Assembly: GCA_021613535.1 (NCBI GenBank)
Contig: CP075495.1
Coordinates: 5,394,001-5,458,000, forward strand
Length of the DNA: 64,000 nt
Reading direction: 5' to 3'
From: Adineta vaga
Taxonomy: Eukaryota; Animalia; Rotifera
Part shown: in pieces, positions 15,516-29,743 of the stretch
Layout of the letters: each line of letters starts with the position of its first letter
Numbering within the stretch: position 1 is the stretch's first letter
The notes under the pieces: model-generated
Databases searched by the model: none
The model's input: only the letters and a program-made list of their open reading frames with translations
Told to the model about the DNA's origin: nothing
Translations under genes and position numbers: made by a program

Positions 15516-18500
15516 ATGGCTTCATCTCCGGGTTTGAATTTTCTTATTGCTAAATATCTTCGTGAATTACCAAATCCCAATCTTGCTAATGTAAGAAAAT
15601 CTATCGAAAAAAAAACAATCCTTTCTCAAATGAATATTTTAGGACTTTATTTCAACACTCGAGAAAAATAATGTAAGTTTAGAAAAATTAGATTTTTGTC
15701 AAATATTGAATTGATTTCTATTTAGTTATTACCATCAACACGCAACTGGAATGGTGTGGAACGTCAAATATCGTTTCAAGAATTAGTAAATTAACGAAAG
15801 CATGACTTTTTCCCCATCTGATTTTAATATTTCTTTCAGGAACAACAGTACAATCATGTTCCCGATAATCATTTACCTCAATTATTAGAAAATGTTATGT
15901 CTTATGTGGAACAAGGTGTTGGTAAACGCTTTGGTTCACTAACAACGTTTCTTCTACAATTGGATCCTACTTGTTTTCTTGAAAATAAACAGAAAATTTC
16001 GTCAAGTATATCTATTCAATGATAAAAATAAAGCGAATGAAATATTTGCGATGATATTTTAGAGAGAAAATATAATATGTTCGCAACAGCCTATCATCCA
16101 TGTAAATATTTATCCAATCCAACAAATCGTAATATGCGTAAGAAGACAAATCATTTCTATTTGGTAAAAGCTCTATTTCATTTCTTTTGAATTCATTAGA
16201 ATTAATTATGCGTGAACGAGAATATTTTGGACGAACTTTATCGATAGAAAAATTACCATCAAGTGATTTATATCAACGGATGAATATGAGATTGAAAGTG
16301 ATTGCACATAAAGCATCTGTCTATTGTATCGCTTTTGATCGTACGGGAACATATGCATTATCAGTAAGATATATGAATCTATGAATACAATCGTCATTTT
16401 ATGTATTTAGGCTGCTGATGATTTTCTTTTAAAAATGTGGCATGTTCATACGGGTCGTTTAATGGCAACATTTCGTGGTCATTCAAAAGAAATTTGTGAT
16501 ATTGATGTTAATTTTGAGAATACACTTGTGGCTAGTGCAAGTTTAGATAAAAAAGTACGAGTTTGGAATTTAAGAACGACTAAAATGGAATGCGTACTAC
16601 ATGGACATCAAAGTGGAATTAATGCTACAAAAGTATTCTGAATTTGCATCATCTTGATAAAAAAACAATTTTCCTTTTCTTCTAGTTTTCACCATTTTGT
16701 AAAACAGATGATCGATGGTTGGCATCAGTTGGAAGTGAAGGAAGTATTTGCTTTTGGAAATATCGTGTTGGAACGACAGAATTTGAGTAAGATCTACACT
16801 TAGAAATAATAACAAAAATGAAAGTCATATGTACATTTAGATCTCGTCCAATTAAATTTGTTGAAAAAAGTCGTGCTGGTGCACAAATGCTTTGTTTATC
16901 ATTTAGTCCTGGTATGAAACATTTATTTTGATGATTTTATTCGAAAGAAATATCTCTCTGAATTTCAGGTGGTTATTTTGTCGCTGCTGGTAGTAGTGAT
17001 TCTGTTATTCGAGTTTATTCCTTTCATACATATTCACCGTTAAAAATTTGTGAACTTGATCGACATACAGTAAGTTAAAATTTCATTCTGTTGTTTTTGT
17101 GCAAAAAAATTCTAAATTGATATTTGTTTTTAGAATGTTGTAGAAACCATTTGTTATTCACATTTAAGTAATTCATTTATTTCTGGTAGCAAAGATGGTA
17201 CAGCACGTATTTGGCGTTATGAACAACAATCATGGAGAGCTATTGTTCTTAATTATAGCAATGATTCAGATAAAACGTAAATTCATTTTTATAGATTTAA
17301 ACAATGAAAAATAAAATCATTTTCTCCTTGTTTTTCTTCATTTTAGTAACAATGATTCAAATAATCATGTTTCAACTGTAGGTAACAAATTAATACCTGT
17401 AACGATTGTTTCTTGGTCATGTACTGATCGACGTGTTGCTACTGCCTATGAAAATGGTTTAATTAAAATTTGGGAACCTAATGATGGAACATTACTCAAC
17501 GAACTCAAAGTAATTTATTCTTAAACAAATCACTGGTTTGTCGAACGTTAAATTTTAGAAACATGAAAAAACAGTTTTCGTTCTTGAATGTCATCCAACC
17601 AATGAACGAATATTATGTTCGGCAGGACATGATGGACTTCTAGTAATTTGGGATATGGTTGATGGTCGAGCAATAAAATACTTTCTCAATGATGTGAGAT
17701 ATTTTATTAATCTAATTGACATTTAAATCTTCTTTTTTATTTATAGCAATATATTGATATACCAAATTCAATACCATATTCGGAAGCAAAATGGTCTCCT
17801 AATTGTGATGTTATATGTACAACAGATTTGTGTGGTCAAATATGTTTTTTTGGTTTGGGTACTGATACACAATATAATAAAACACAAATCGAACAATTTT
17901 TTCATAATGATTTACGTCCAGTAATTCGTGATAGTAACGATAATGTTCTTGATGAACAACTACAAGTACCACCTCATCTCTTACCGCCACCGTATCTGAT
18001 CGATGATCATGGTCATGCTTATCCAGCTGATATACAAAGATTTGTACCAGGAAGAGAAAATTATTCACAAAATGATAATACAGCAACAGTTGTTAATCAT
18101 GAATATTTGGAAGGTAATTCGTTTTTTTTTCGAATTTAATATGATAAAGATGAATACTTCGGTTTAGATCTTATTATTGCTGAACCATTAACGACGCCTG
18201 CACTGACTAGTGCATATATGACACGAAACTTTGGTACGAAGATGATTTTCTACTATCAAGTGAATACTTTATCATTGACTTCTATTTAGAAACAATTGAT
18301 CTATCAACATTTCGTTTAAATATTGATAAAAAACAAACTTTTGTTTATCATAGAGATTTTATACCACCATTGAGCGAAGCTGAATTAGAGTAAAAATCAG
18401 TTTTATTCTATTGAATATGATTTCTAAAGTATTCATTTTAGACGCAGTGAAATTATTCGTGATGTACGATATGATGAAGAACGAATCGTTTATGAACGAG

Positions 18501-21500
18501 AATATTTGAAAAAAGCCGATTATGGAGATTCGGTAAGAGAACAGTTTGATTCAGTCAATAAATTATGCGAAAATATCTGCTTTTGTTTCTCTAGTGCGAA
18601 TCATCACCTGTTAAAAAACGTACAACACGTAATGTTATTAAAATGCGTCAAGAAGAACTTCTCAAACGAGTTCCACACAATGTTGAAGTAGCCATTAATC
18701 GTCTAACAACTCGAGCATTATATGATTCTGATAAAGAAGATAAAACAGATCTCTCCGATGATCAATATTCGCCAAATGCAACTGTACCATTTGGTGATAG
18801 GTAAAGAAAATATTGAAAATAAAACATCTCATTGCTTGTCTTTTCTTTAAGTGAAATGAGCGGTGGTGGCGATGATGATAGTGTATCAACAGATGAAGAT
18901 TTAGTTGCTACAACATCACGAACAACGGGTATTATGACACGTACAGGACAACAAAGGCGTGTACAACGTCATCGAAATTTATCGCCAGATGAAGATGAAG
19001 ATGACGATGACGAAGATAAACATGAACATGAAAATCGTCGAGTACAAGAAGCTAAAACGCAACATCGTCGAAGGAATAAATGGAAACGTTTGAAAAAACG
19101 ACGTGAACAAGTGAAAACGAAAAAAGAAGAATTTGAAAATAAAGATGATTTAGAATTGAATTATTCACCTGATTTCAAACCACCTGATTGGTTAACACGT
19201 ACAGCAGCACAATGTTCACCATATATTCCACAAATTGGTGATATTGTTGTATATTTTGTACAAGGACATGAATTGTATATAAATGAAGTTAAAGATAAGA
19301 AAATGTATGAAATCGATGAAAAAACTTTACCTTGGAATAAATCTGAATCACTTGATGTAAATATTACACCCACCTTCAAGATTATTCAAAGCTAGAGTAT
19401 TATATCTAATTCTTTTTTTTTCTTTAATAGGCTGTTGAATGTGCTACAGTTATTGGTGTATCTATAAGCTTTTCTGATAAACAGCCTCCACGTGTAATCA
19501 ATGTTCGACTGCAGTTATTAAATCCTAATACTCTTGAAGCAACATCACAAAGAATAAGTGTCAAGTAAGCGAATGATAAAGCTTGAAAACGAGTATGTTA
19601 CGAATCCACTCTTTCCACTGTTTTTTTTAGATTTCATGATGTGGATGGTATTGCTGATTTCATTATTTTAAAACAATACTACGATCAAGCCATACAAAGA
19701 GAATGGAAAACAGGTATAAACCAAAATAGAATATTTGATTTTTTTTGTCAAGAAGTAAAGCATTTTATTTCTAGGCGATCGTTTTCGATGTTTCATTGAT
19801 GATACTTGGTGGCCAGGAACAATTGTAAAACGTGAAGCATTTGATCTTGTTCATGAAAATAGTCCTTTTCAATGTTATATCATTCGATGGGATAATGGTG
19901 AAAATGAAGAAAGACTTAGTCCATGGGATATTTTCGAATCTGATGATTTATGTATGACTGTCTAGATCTTCGAATCGATTCATTCAATTTCTTTTTTCAT
20001 TATTTAGCTTCTGAATCAACTGTACTGAAAATGCCATACTATCAACCAACAGCAGACGACTGGCCAGTTCACGATGTTGATAGTGAACGTGAACGTTTGC
20101 TGACAGGAATTGATGCACTTATGCAAGTAGATATAGCAGAACAATTTCGAGCACCAGGTAACTATTTTAGGTAGAGAAAGGTATTTTTCAGTATATACTA
20201 TATGTTTAGTTCAACTCGCGTGGTATCCTGTGGTCATCGCTTATCCAATTGATCTTGGCACAATACGAGAACGTATCTCGAATGGTTATTATCGTCGGTC
20301 CAATGCTTTAAAATGGGATGTGAAAAAAATGGAAGAAAATGCAAAAAATTTCAATGAAAAAGGAAGTCAGATTATTGAACAAGTGAAAATTGTAACGAAG
20401 ACACTCTTGAAATATATCGAGTAATAGACTTCTTCATAGTTGAATTCAGTTAAAAAATACCTTGTTGTTATTTTTGTAGTGATTTTAATTGTGATGATAT
20501 CAATCTTATCTATCAACGATCTCTACATTCAGAACAAGTTCCATTACCATTATCAACATCATTTGTATATATTTCGATTGAAATAAAGATAGTTGAACTA
20601 AATATCATCAATTTTAGAATGACGATTGGTTAGATGACTGTCAAATGATTCTCAATGATATTTTATCACAACCTGGAAGTGATCTGTTACGTTATCCAAT
20701 CGATGAAAATGAATATCCAGTATGGATGGATGAAATAAAAATTTAATTGAATTTAATTTAACTATTTTTGTATTTTTCTAGGATTACGAACGAATTATAA
20801 AAACACCGATTTGTTTCGATGATGTACAAGCTAAACTTAGTCAGACACCTTGTGTTTATCGACATTCAAGAGAATTTATTGCTGATTGTCATCTGATATT
20901 TCAAAATGCTTTAACCTATGCAGATCCGGAAGTAAATAGATATTGAACAAAAAAAAAGAAAATTTTCGCTTGTTCTAATCGAAATTCTTATTTTCAGATG
21001 ATTAATGTTGTTCGACATTTGGGACCATGGTTTGATCGTCGTGTAGCAATATTTGATCGTCGACAACGTCGATCAAATAGCCAATATACTTCCGAAATGA
21101 CTACTCGACGAAGGTAACGTATTCCGAACTATAATGAGATCTTTCTTGATTTTCGTGTTTCTAAAGGGAGTTACAAAATTCATCAACAGATGAGAACAAT
21201 ACTTATACAACGGGTGAAGCAGCTATTGCGGCGACTACTACAACAATCAGCAGTAGCAGTAGCAACAGCAAGTTCCAGTAGTCGACAGAATCGACGAACA
21301 CAATGTAATTCAATTGATATATTCATTTTTAGACAGAATAAAATATATTTTCTTCTGTTTCAGTTTCTCCTGCAAATCTAACAACGGATCGTCGTCATTC
21401 TCGCTTTAATCGTTTATCATCAGTCAATAATCATTCAGCAACCACTCACGAACAAAATTCTGATGATGATAATGATGATGATGATAATGAATCTGTATCC

Positions 21501-22538
21501 ACGCAAAGCACTCAACCAGTATCATTAACATCATTTATTCATACTACAACAAATGATATGAATTTATCATTACGTCAAACACGACAACGTATGAATACGA
21601 ATGAAAATAATACAAACAATTCATGGCAATCACGTACACGATATAGTACTAGATCAAATGCTTCGAATCGAAATCACAATGGAGATTATGATAATCGTCA
21701 TCAACAACCAACAACTTCATCACGAATGTTACCTGCGTCTGATGATGAAGACGATGATAATGATATCTCATCGAATAGTAAAAGAAATCGTATTGAACGC
21801 AGTGATAGAAGGATATCATCTGTAAATAGGCCAAATTATAAAATAGACAGTGACGAACAGGAAGATGATGATGATGATCATATTCAACAAAAACCCATTA
21901 CCACAAATGATAATCCAGAAGATATGGATCAAACAGAAAAAGATCACGATAAAAGTAAAGGTAAATAGTTTTGTCAATCCTCATATATTTTGTAGGTAAT
22001 TGTCCTTCTTTGTAATATTTTAGATAAAAATGATGATGAAGATTATGAGCCTACTGTAGCACTTGAAGATGCAGAAGAAGAAGAGGAAGATGACGATGAT
22101 GATCGTCATGATCCTGCATCTCCTCAACAAAAAGACGATGATTCCGATTCGGATTTTCAATTGGATGAACCTAGTCAACATCGTCGTACCAATACAAACG
22201 GTAATCGTGTGCGTAAGTTACGTAGTACAACAAATCGTCCATCTCCACCTTTACCAAATCAAAATAATAAACGAAAGCGTTCGGTTGTTCGTACACGTTC
22301 ATCAACAGATACAGATTCGACTGATTCACATGTCAATCAAGCTTATAAAACTCGGACTCGTTCTCGACGACGTACTACAAACAATAAAAAATCTTCTTTT
22401 GCTGAAGATTTTTCTGATGATGACGACGATGAAGAAGAAGATGAAGAAGATGAAAATCGTCGACGTCCACGAACAACTCAAGCAACTCGTGTATCAAAAC
22501 GTGGTCGAGTTTTAAAACAACGTTTGCTAAGTGAATAA
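15516..22538 (+). CDS. WD40 + tandem bromodomain protein (PHIP/BRWD1/BRWD3 family), many exons
   Basis: LNFLIAKYL N-terminus; HKASVYCIAFDRTG; TFRGHSKEI; EQFFHNDLRPVIRD; PYIPQIGDIVVYFVQGHELY; AYPIDLGTIRERISNGYYRR. Confidence 0.93.
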
Positions 22539-22908
22539 ACGACCAAAAAGAAATATTCATTCAACTTATTCGTTCAGATCTAGTCTTCTCAAGTTTTTTC
22601 TTTTGTGATGAACATTATTTAACAAAAAGATACAAAATAGAAGAAAATAACAAAAAACAGTGACTAATTCAATATGTACTATCATTTTGATAGATTTACT
22701 TCTTTTGTTTGTTGTACAAATACACTATATAATGTTCTTATTTTGTTGTTGTTGTTGTTGTTTGTATGATTGACAATCTGTTCAGTTTTCACTTTTTTTT
22801 TCTTTCGTTTGGAAAAAATAAAAATCTATACATTGTGTGCTTATTTATTTCGAATTTTATTCATTTAAAAGTAGGAGTTAAAAGAAAGGAAAAAGACAAA
22901 TACTGTTA

Positions 22909-23591
22909 TTAATCATCATCTAATGTAAATGTAAACATTTGAATACCATCATATGAAGTAAAATTTGTTTTTTGTTTTTCATTGGATGATGGTGGCATTT
23001 CATTAGTCATCGGGACGAGATAATCGCCATCGTCACTTGATTTTGATGAACCTGAAATAAATGAATAAAAAGAAATAGAAAGTCTAGTATATTGAGTTTA
23101 AAATACATACGTGTTGATTGTGCTGGTGGTACAACAGCAAGTGATTGACGTGATTTTTTCTTTTTCGTAATAGTTCCCGTATTTTGATTAGCTAATTTTC
23201 CAATACCTTCACCAGTATTAAAATCAATTTTTTGTCCAGTTTCTTTGGAAATAAATGCATATTCTTCATTTTTTGGTGGTGATTCGGGCTTTTGAATAAA
23301 AGTTTCTGACGAAGGTTTCGGTGGAGTAAGATCTTTCTTAGTATATATAGGTTTTTGTTGTATGGGTGATTCAGATTTTTGAATAAAAGTATCTGTTGAA
23401 CGTTGTGTTTTGAGGATTTCTTTGGCAACTAATGCCATTTGTTGTTTCGGTGATGGATGACATAGGCCAACATTAATTATTGGTGTTGATGTACAAACAG
23501 GAACTGAATTCGATGGACGAATTGGTGAAGGACTTTGTCGAGAACAATTGACATAAATTCGAGTGATATGAGCGCCTGTTGGATCACACAT
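22909..23591 (-). CDS. Hypothetical low-complexity protein, 2 exons
   Basis: ORF 23591-23111, GT-AG intron, last exon ...DGDYLVPM...MFTFTLDDD*. Confidence 0.55.
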
Positions 23592-23920
23592 GTTATTATA
23601 GAATGTAATAGGAGACGATGGAAAATATCTGACGATGAATTAATTTCCATTTGATAGTTATATAGATATATATGTATATACATTTCTATGAAGAGAACGA
23701 ATATCCAGGGATGAAAAGAGAACGATCAAAATGTTTGGTATAATCTTTTCTCTTTAGTTTTTTTTCTTCTATATAGGTGTAGTGACGCAATCGCTAGTAA
23801 TATTTTTACATTACGAATCATTTGTGCGAGTCTCGTTTTTATACGCCATTTGTAAAAAGAAAAAAGACGCGAACAAAATACGTGCTAATCGTATTTGAAA
23901 ATTTTACCTGAACAGATACA

Positions 23921-26900
23921 ATGTTTACAACAGCAACTCGTACGATATTTCCAATGATATTTGGTCGTCGTCATCCAGAGACATTGAGTGATGCAGCATC
24001 GACACCATTACAACTTATTCGTTTACAGATTGAACAAAAAGTCAATGGAGATTTTCCACTTATTCATCAAGTTGCAACAACAATGACATTCAAAAATACA
24101 CATAATATTATTCTTGAAGGTGCATTCGAATTTACATTACCAGAAAAAGCTACCATTTGTGGTTATGGTAACGTATTATTGTTTTGATTTCATTCATATT
24201 TTTTTTTACTGGTTTTGATATGTTTAGGTCTTGATGTAGATGGGGTTATTGTAGATGGAGTTATTGTTGAAAAGCAAACGGCTCGTATCATTTTTGAAAG
24301 CGAAGTTCGAAAAAGAGTTGATCCTGGTTTTGTAGAATTAGTAACAGGCAATGTGTTTCGTACTCGAGTATATCCTATTGAACCACAAAAAACGCGAACA
24401 ATTCGTGTTATTTATCAAGATCAAGGTATACCAAATAATTCTGGTTTTCAATATCATATACCTGTTCAATTTCAAACACCATTGGAAAGTCTTGATATTG
24501 TTATCACATGTATTCAACAAGGAACAACAAAACCGTATTTTCTCACCGCCACAAATCAATTCAATGCAACATATCCAAACTTTAACAGTAAGGGAAATGG
24601 AAACTATCACTTTGAATGGCATTTAACGAATGTTCAACCATCTACTGGTGGTGAACAAACATTAATATATGTATTGCCCGATTCTCTAAAACCAATTCTT
24701 AGTGCTGTAGAAAAAAGTTTGAATATAGGTGCTTATTTTGCTGTTAGTTGTGCATTACCAACACTTACGGAACGACGAATAGATCAACTTGATTTACCAA
24801 CAAAAACAATTTGTGTTCTTTGGGATGCAAGTTTAAGTCGTTCGAATGCAATTGAAAATCGTCTTCTAGAATTAAATGCATTGAAGAAAATCTTTGATAT
24901 CTGGTTAACTCGTCTGAGTCAAATTGATGTTATTATTATCATTTTTCGAAATGATATGGAACAAGCCAAATTATTTCAACTTCAATTTCATAATTGGAAT
25001 GACTTTATGAAGATTTTCGAAGATTTACCATATGATGGTGCAACAAATCTATCACAAATTGCAACAATTAATCTGACACAAACAGTAAATTATTATTTTC
25101 TTTTCAGTGATTGTATTTCAACCATCGATAATGTTTCGGCTATCGAGCATATTAATCAAATTTTAAAGCGCCTCTTTGGATTTTTAATGGTAATCATCTT
25201 CATGAACCATATGATAGTGATTTTGTTCGTTATTTAACACAATACAATTCACAAGGTGGTGGTTATCTAAATCGGGAGAAATTACAATTGAATTCTAATG
25301 ATTTACTAAATATGATTGAAACGATTCAAATCAAATATATTAAACTTCATTCAACTACAACTATACAACAAATTTATCCAAGTGATACAATATCTATTCC
25401 ATCGAATACGGATCGATTTCTTCTTGTTGGACAAATACCAAATCCATTGCCGAATGCGGTGGAATTCGAACTTGAATTTTCCATGAATAATCAAACAACA
25501 CGTTTGCCCATTTCTGTCAGTATGCCAACTGATGTATTGGATTTTTTTGGACTAATTCGCCGTCTATGGGCACAACAGAAATTAAATCAATTAAATGCAT
25601 TTAAGGATAAATATAAAACGGAAATCATATCTCTAGGATTACAATATTCATTAGTAAGTCATTTTACTTCATTATTAGTACTTGAAACCTTGCAACAACA
25701 TCTTCAATATCGTGTATGTCCAGCAACAACGCGTATAAATCTACATCGACAATATATGCAACATCAAACAAAAGAAAATAATCTAAAAACAAATAATCAA
25801 TCAGAAATTCTTCGAAAATGGAATGAAAAATGCCAATGGTATGATAAAGTGATCACGGATATTGATCGCCACCGAGCTTATTTACCTAAAACTACGCCCG
25901 TATCATCTATATACGGTAACACATATACTTCATACGGTTCACCATCCTCTTCTCCGTTCGGATTTAGTACAGCATCACCTGCATATGCTTCGCAACCGTT
26001 CGCTTCTCCTACATCGAATACAAGTACACCAGCATCAGTATTTAGTTTTGGTAGTTCAACAGTTTCATCAACAGCTCCTACCCTCGAAAACTCTCGAATA
26101 CACCAACCATTAGCTATGCCAAGAGTGGCCACAGTCTATCATCCCAATCTTCAACAATAGATGATTCGCCAGCAATATCATTTAAAGACTACAATCCTCA
26201 ATTATCTTCAATTACACGTTTATCATCAGCAGGTGATCGAACAAATGCATATATAATTTATCTCAATGAACGAAAATCATATCGTGAATCACCATCATTT
26301 TATTTCGATATGGCATCTTTCTTTTTCTCATCGACATCATCTTCATCGATAATAGATCAATTCAATCAAAAATCAGAAACTATTCAAAAACCTGATAAAG
26401 AATCTCTTAAATATGGTTTACGTATTTTAACAAATATTGTAGAACTTGAATTAGAAGCACCACAATTATATCGAACAGTTGGATATAAATTAATGGAATT
26501 AAAAGAATGGAATCTTGCATTAGATATCTTTCAAAAAATCTATTCCTTACGCTCAGATGAACCACAATCGTTACATGATCTCGCAATTGTTTTAATTGAA
26601 CTTCAACAATATGAAAAAGCATTACAATATTTCAAACAAATTCTTACTCAAACATGGAATGATCGATTTCGAATAATTCCCATTATTGTTCTATCAGATT
26701 TAAATCGATTGCTAGTACAAATGAATAGGACAACACCAGAAATTGATTATCGTCTTCTACGTCATTTACCAGTAGATATTCGAATTATTGTTGAATGGGA
26801 TACAGCAGATACAATCATTCAACTTTCTATCCAAGAACCAACTGGACAAATCTGTAATAACTATTCAGGATCATCTAAAACTGATATTGGTGGATATATC

Positions 26901-27605
26901 ATTAATACACCCTATCAAAGTGAACAACCCATTGAATATCTACTTCGCAAAGCAATTAATGGAATATATTCAATTAGTTTAACGTATATAAATAATGCTC
27001 AACATACATTAATTGGTGCAACAACAGTTTTAGTAACTATCTATAAATATTTTGGATCGATGAATGAAGAAAAACAAATTCGAACGGTACGATTAACCAG
27101 TCATAATCAAACGGTAGATGTTGGTCATATTGAATTCGGTGATTCTAATTTAGAAAAAATGAAAGAAGAATTAGAAAAGACAAAAGATGCATATCGTCGC
27201 CTTCAAGATCAATTATTAACTAGTAGAAATCAATCATCCATTCAACATCTAAATGTTACATGTGATGGATGTTTAAAAGTACCGATTGTTGGTAATCGAT
27301 TAAAATGTCTGTTTTGTCCTAATGTTGATTTTTGTCAGAATTGTCATTCATCTATGAATCATAAACATGATTCAACACATCCATTCATATGTATTTCTGA
27401 TTCGACACTTTATACGTCATCTATTCACCTTCAAAATATTAGTGAGCTAGTGCATTTAAACATACAATGTATATCGTGTGCTGCATCACCTATTGTTGGT
27501 ATACGTTATCATTGCATCGTTTGTAAACTTGATTTATGTGAAAAATGTGAATTTCTTGGTTCACATAATCTAACACATCAACGTTTGAAAATGATTTATC
27601 CATGA
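23921..27605 (+). CDS. VIT + vWA-like + TPR + DUF2135-like protein with two C-terminal ZZ zinc fingers; two frameshifts in this sequence
   Basis: [18 protein letters not shown]|GLDVDG (intron 24168-24228), [53 protein letters not shown]; ZZ motifs CDGC..C..C and CISC..C..C; frame changes near 25160 and 26090. Confidence 0.82.
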
Positions 27606-28570
27606 CAAAATTCAAAAACACTATTTCTTTTTTTTCTCTTTTATTGATATGTTTTGCGTTGATTTTTCTATAGAATTTTTTTATTATAATAAAAAGTTAA
27701 ACACTTCGACATTATTATCAAGAAAATACACACGATCTGAATCGGGTAAGTAGTAAATGAGACAATAGAAGTTTATGTACAAGAAGAAAATTCTTCATTT
27801 AATAATTATTTCTAGCAAATCTCAAATATCAACAAATACAAATTTCTATTTCATAGATGATATTAATTTCAATAGTGACATATGAGAAAATAACTAAAGT
27901 AGACTTAAAATATTAATTTCTTACGAACGAAATCAATACTCACAAAATACAACAACAACAACAACATGTTCGAAGAATAGAATAAAAGTATAGTGCAATG
28001 TCAGAGATGTTATCAATAGTACACGATCGAAAAGAACGTATTCCGTAACTTCAAAGAAATTAATTATTAATTTTATATTTTCCTGACTGTGATTCTAATA
28101 TACACTTGTACGATGGGTATGCATACGTCAATATATTTTCTTCTTTCTTTCGCTTTTTCGTCAATGTCACGGGTAATGTATCAATCAATCGATACATTCG
28201 GACAAAAAAAATCAGTCAAGGATGATAATACTAGCCACATATATAAGACATAGGCGAATGCATACTTTTCTTTACGTTTTAGACAGAAAAATCGAAATGA
28301 TTATGTTATGTCAATAGTGTTGTTGTTTTTCATGATAGAATATATCAGAAGAAAAATATCGTGTTGACGAAAATAAAGATTTGTTTACTGACAATCTGTG
28401 GACGAGAGAAAAAACAAATTAATAAGCATTCTATATTTTGAAAGAATGCGAGTGAGTATAAAGATTAAAAGGAAAAGATTACGATCACTGTAGTTCTTAA
28501 GATAACATTTTTTATTTTAGATCTATATAGTTATTTTATTATTATTATTTAAACAACTAGAGAATCATTC

Positions 28571-29596
28571 ATGTTTGTCGAAGCGTATGTACATCACCTA
28601 TTAACAATCGCTCGTTCGAAACATGTTCGTACATTATCCTTAGCATTGTTTGTTATTATATTTATATTCTTCTTTCGATATAATATAATAACGCTTGTTT
28701 ATATTGTTCAAACATATCTCAGATGGTATCGTTTTTCTTCTGGAGTAATAACTTCAAAAGATAATTTCGATACGACAATGGCAAGTTATCCATTGAATCA
28801 AACATCAGCACAGTGGAATTATACTGATGCTGTTCCGGCTATTCTACATCATATTGTTATTGGTAATATTGATCTAAGTCAACGGCCAACATGGTTAGCA
28901 GCACGAGATTCTTGTTTAAAATGGCATCCCAATTATGAATATCGATTTTGGAATGATTCATTAGCGGAAGTATTCATTCAAAAAGAATATCCATGGTTTT
29001 TCGAAACATGGAAAAGTTATTCCTATCCAATTCAACGTGCTGATAGTTTACGATATCTTGTTCTATATCGATATGGTGGCATTTTTCTTGATATGGATCT
29101 TCATTGTCGCCGATCATTAGGACCACTTCGTCGTTTTGATTTTATATCACCAGCTGCTTATCCTGTTGGTATATCCAATGGTTTTCTTATGGTTTCAGCA
29201 CGTCATCCATTTTTTGAAGTTCTTGTCAATCAATTAACATTATTTGATCGAAATTTTATTCTACCTTATGCAACAGTTATGTTTTCAACTGGTTGTATGT
29301 ATTTATCAGCACAATATTCACTCTATAATGATCGACATCGATTAAGATTATTAGATTATAAACAGCATCGCTTGAGTGGACGTATTTCTACACCATTATT
29401 TCATCATCAAGGCAGTAGTAGTTGGCATGCAAACGATGCAGCATCTATCAAAAGAATATATAATATTCTCTATCGTCTGATATATCATCGAAATTTTATT
29501 TTTTTAAATTTATTTCTAATTATTATTGTTCTATCAATTTTATCATGTCGACGAAGAAATGAATCTAACAAATTAGGAAAAAACATTTTGCTGTAA
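28571..29596 (+). CDS. Glycosyltransferase family 32 (DxD), fungal inositolphosphoceramide glycosyltransferase-like (GntA or SUR1/CSH1 group)
   Basis: N-terminal TM; YPIQRADSLRYLVLYRYGGIFLDMD; PVGISNGF; HPFF; PYATVMFSTG; GSSSWH; C-terminal TM; intronless CDS. Confidence 0.9.
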   Translation: MFVEAYVHHLLTIARSKHVRTLSLALFVIIFIFFFRYNIITLVYIVQTYLRWYRFSSGVITSKDNFDTTMASYPLNQTSAQWNYTDAVPAILHHIVIGNIDLSQRPTWLAARDSCLKWHPNYEYRFWNDSLAEVFIQKEYPWFFETWKSYSYPIQRADSLRYLVLYRYGGIFLDMDLHCRRSLGPLRRFDFISPAAYPVGISNGFLMVSARHPFFEVLVNQLTLFDRNFILPYATVMFSTGCMYLSAQYSLYNDRHRLRLLDYKQHRLSGRISTPLFHHQGSSSWHANDAASIKRIYNILYRLIYHRNFIFLNLFLIIIVLSILSCRRRNESNKLGKNILL

Positions 29597-29743
29597 ATGA
29601 TTGATCTGTTTTTTTTTCAAAAGGAGTTCGATCCGTCCATTAGTAGCAAATTCTTTAAAATATTAAATTTTGAAATAAAGAAAATATCTAATGATGAAGA
29701 ATCTAAATTATTTTTTGTGCTACTTTTTTAGATTAAATCGTTA

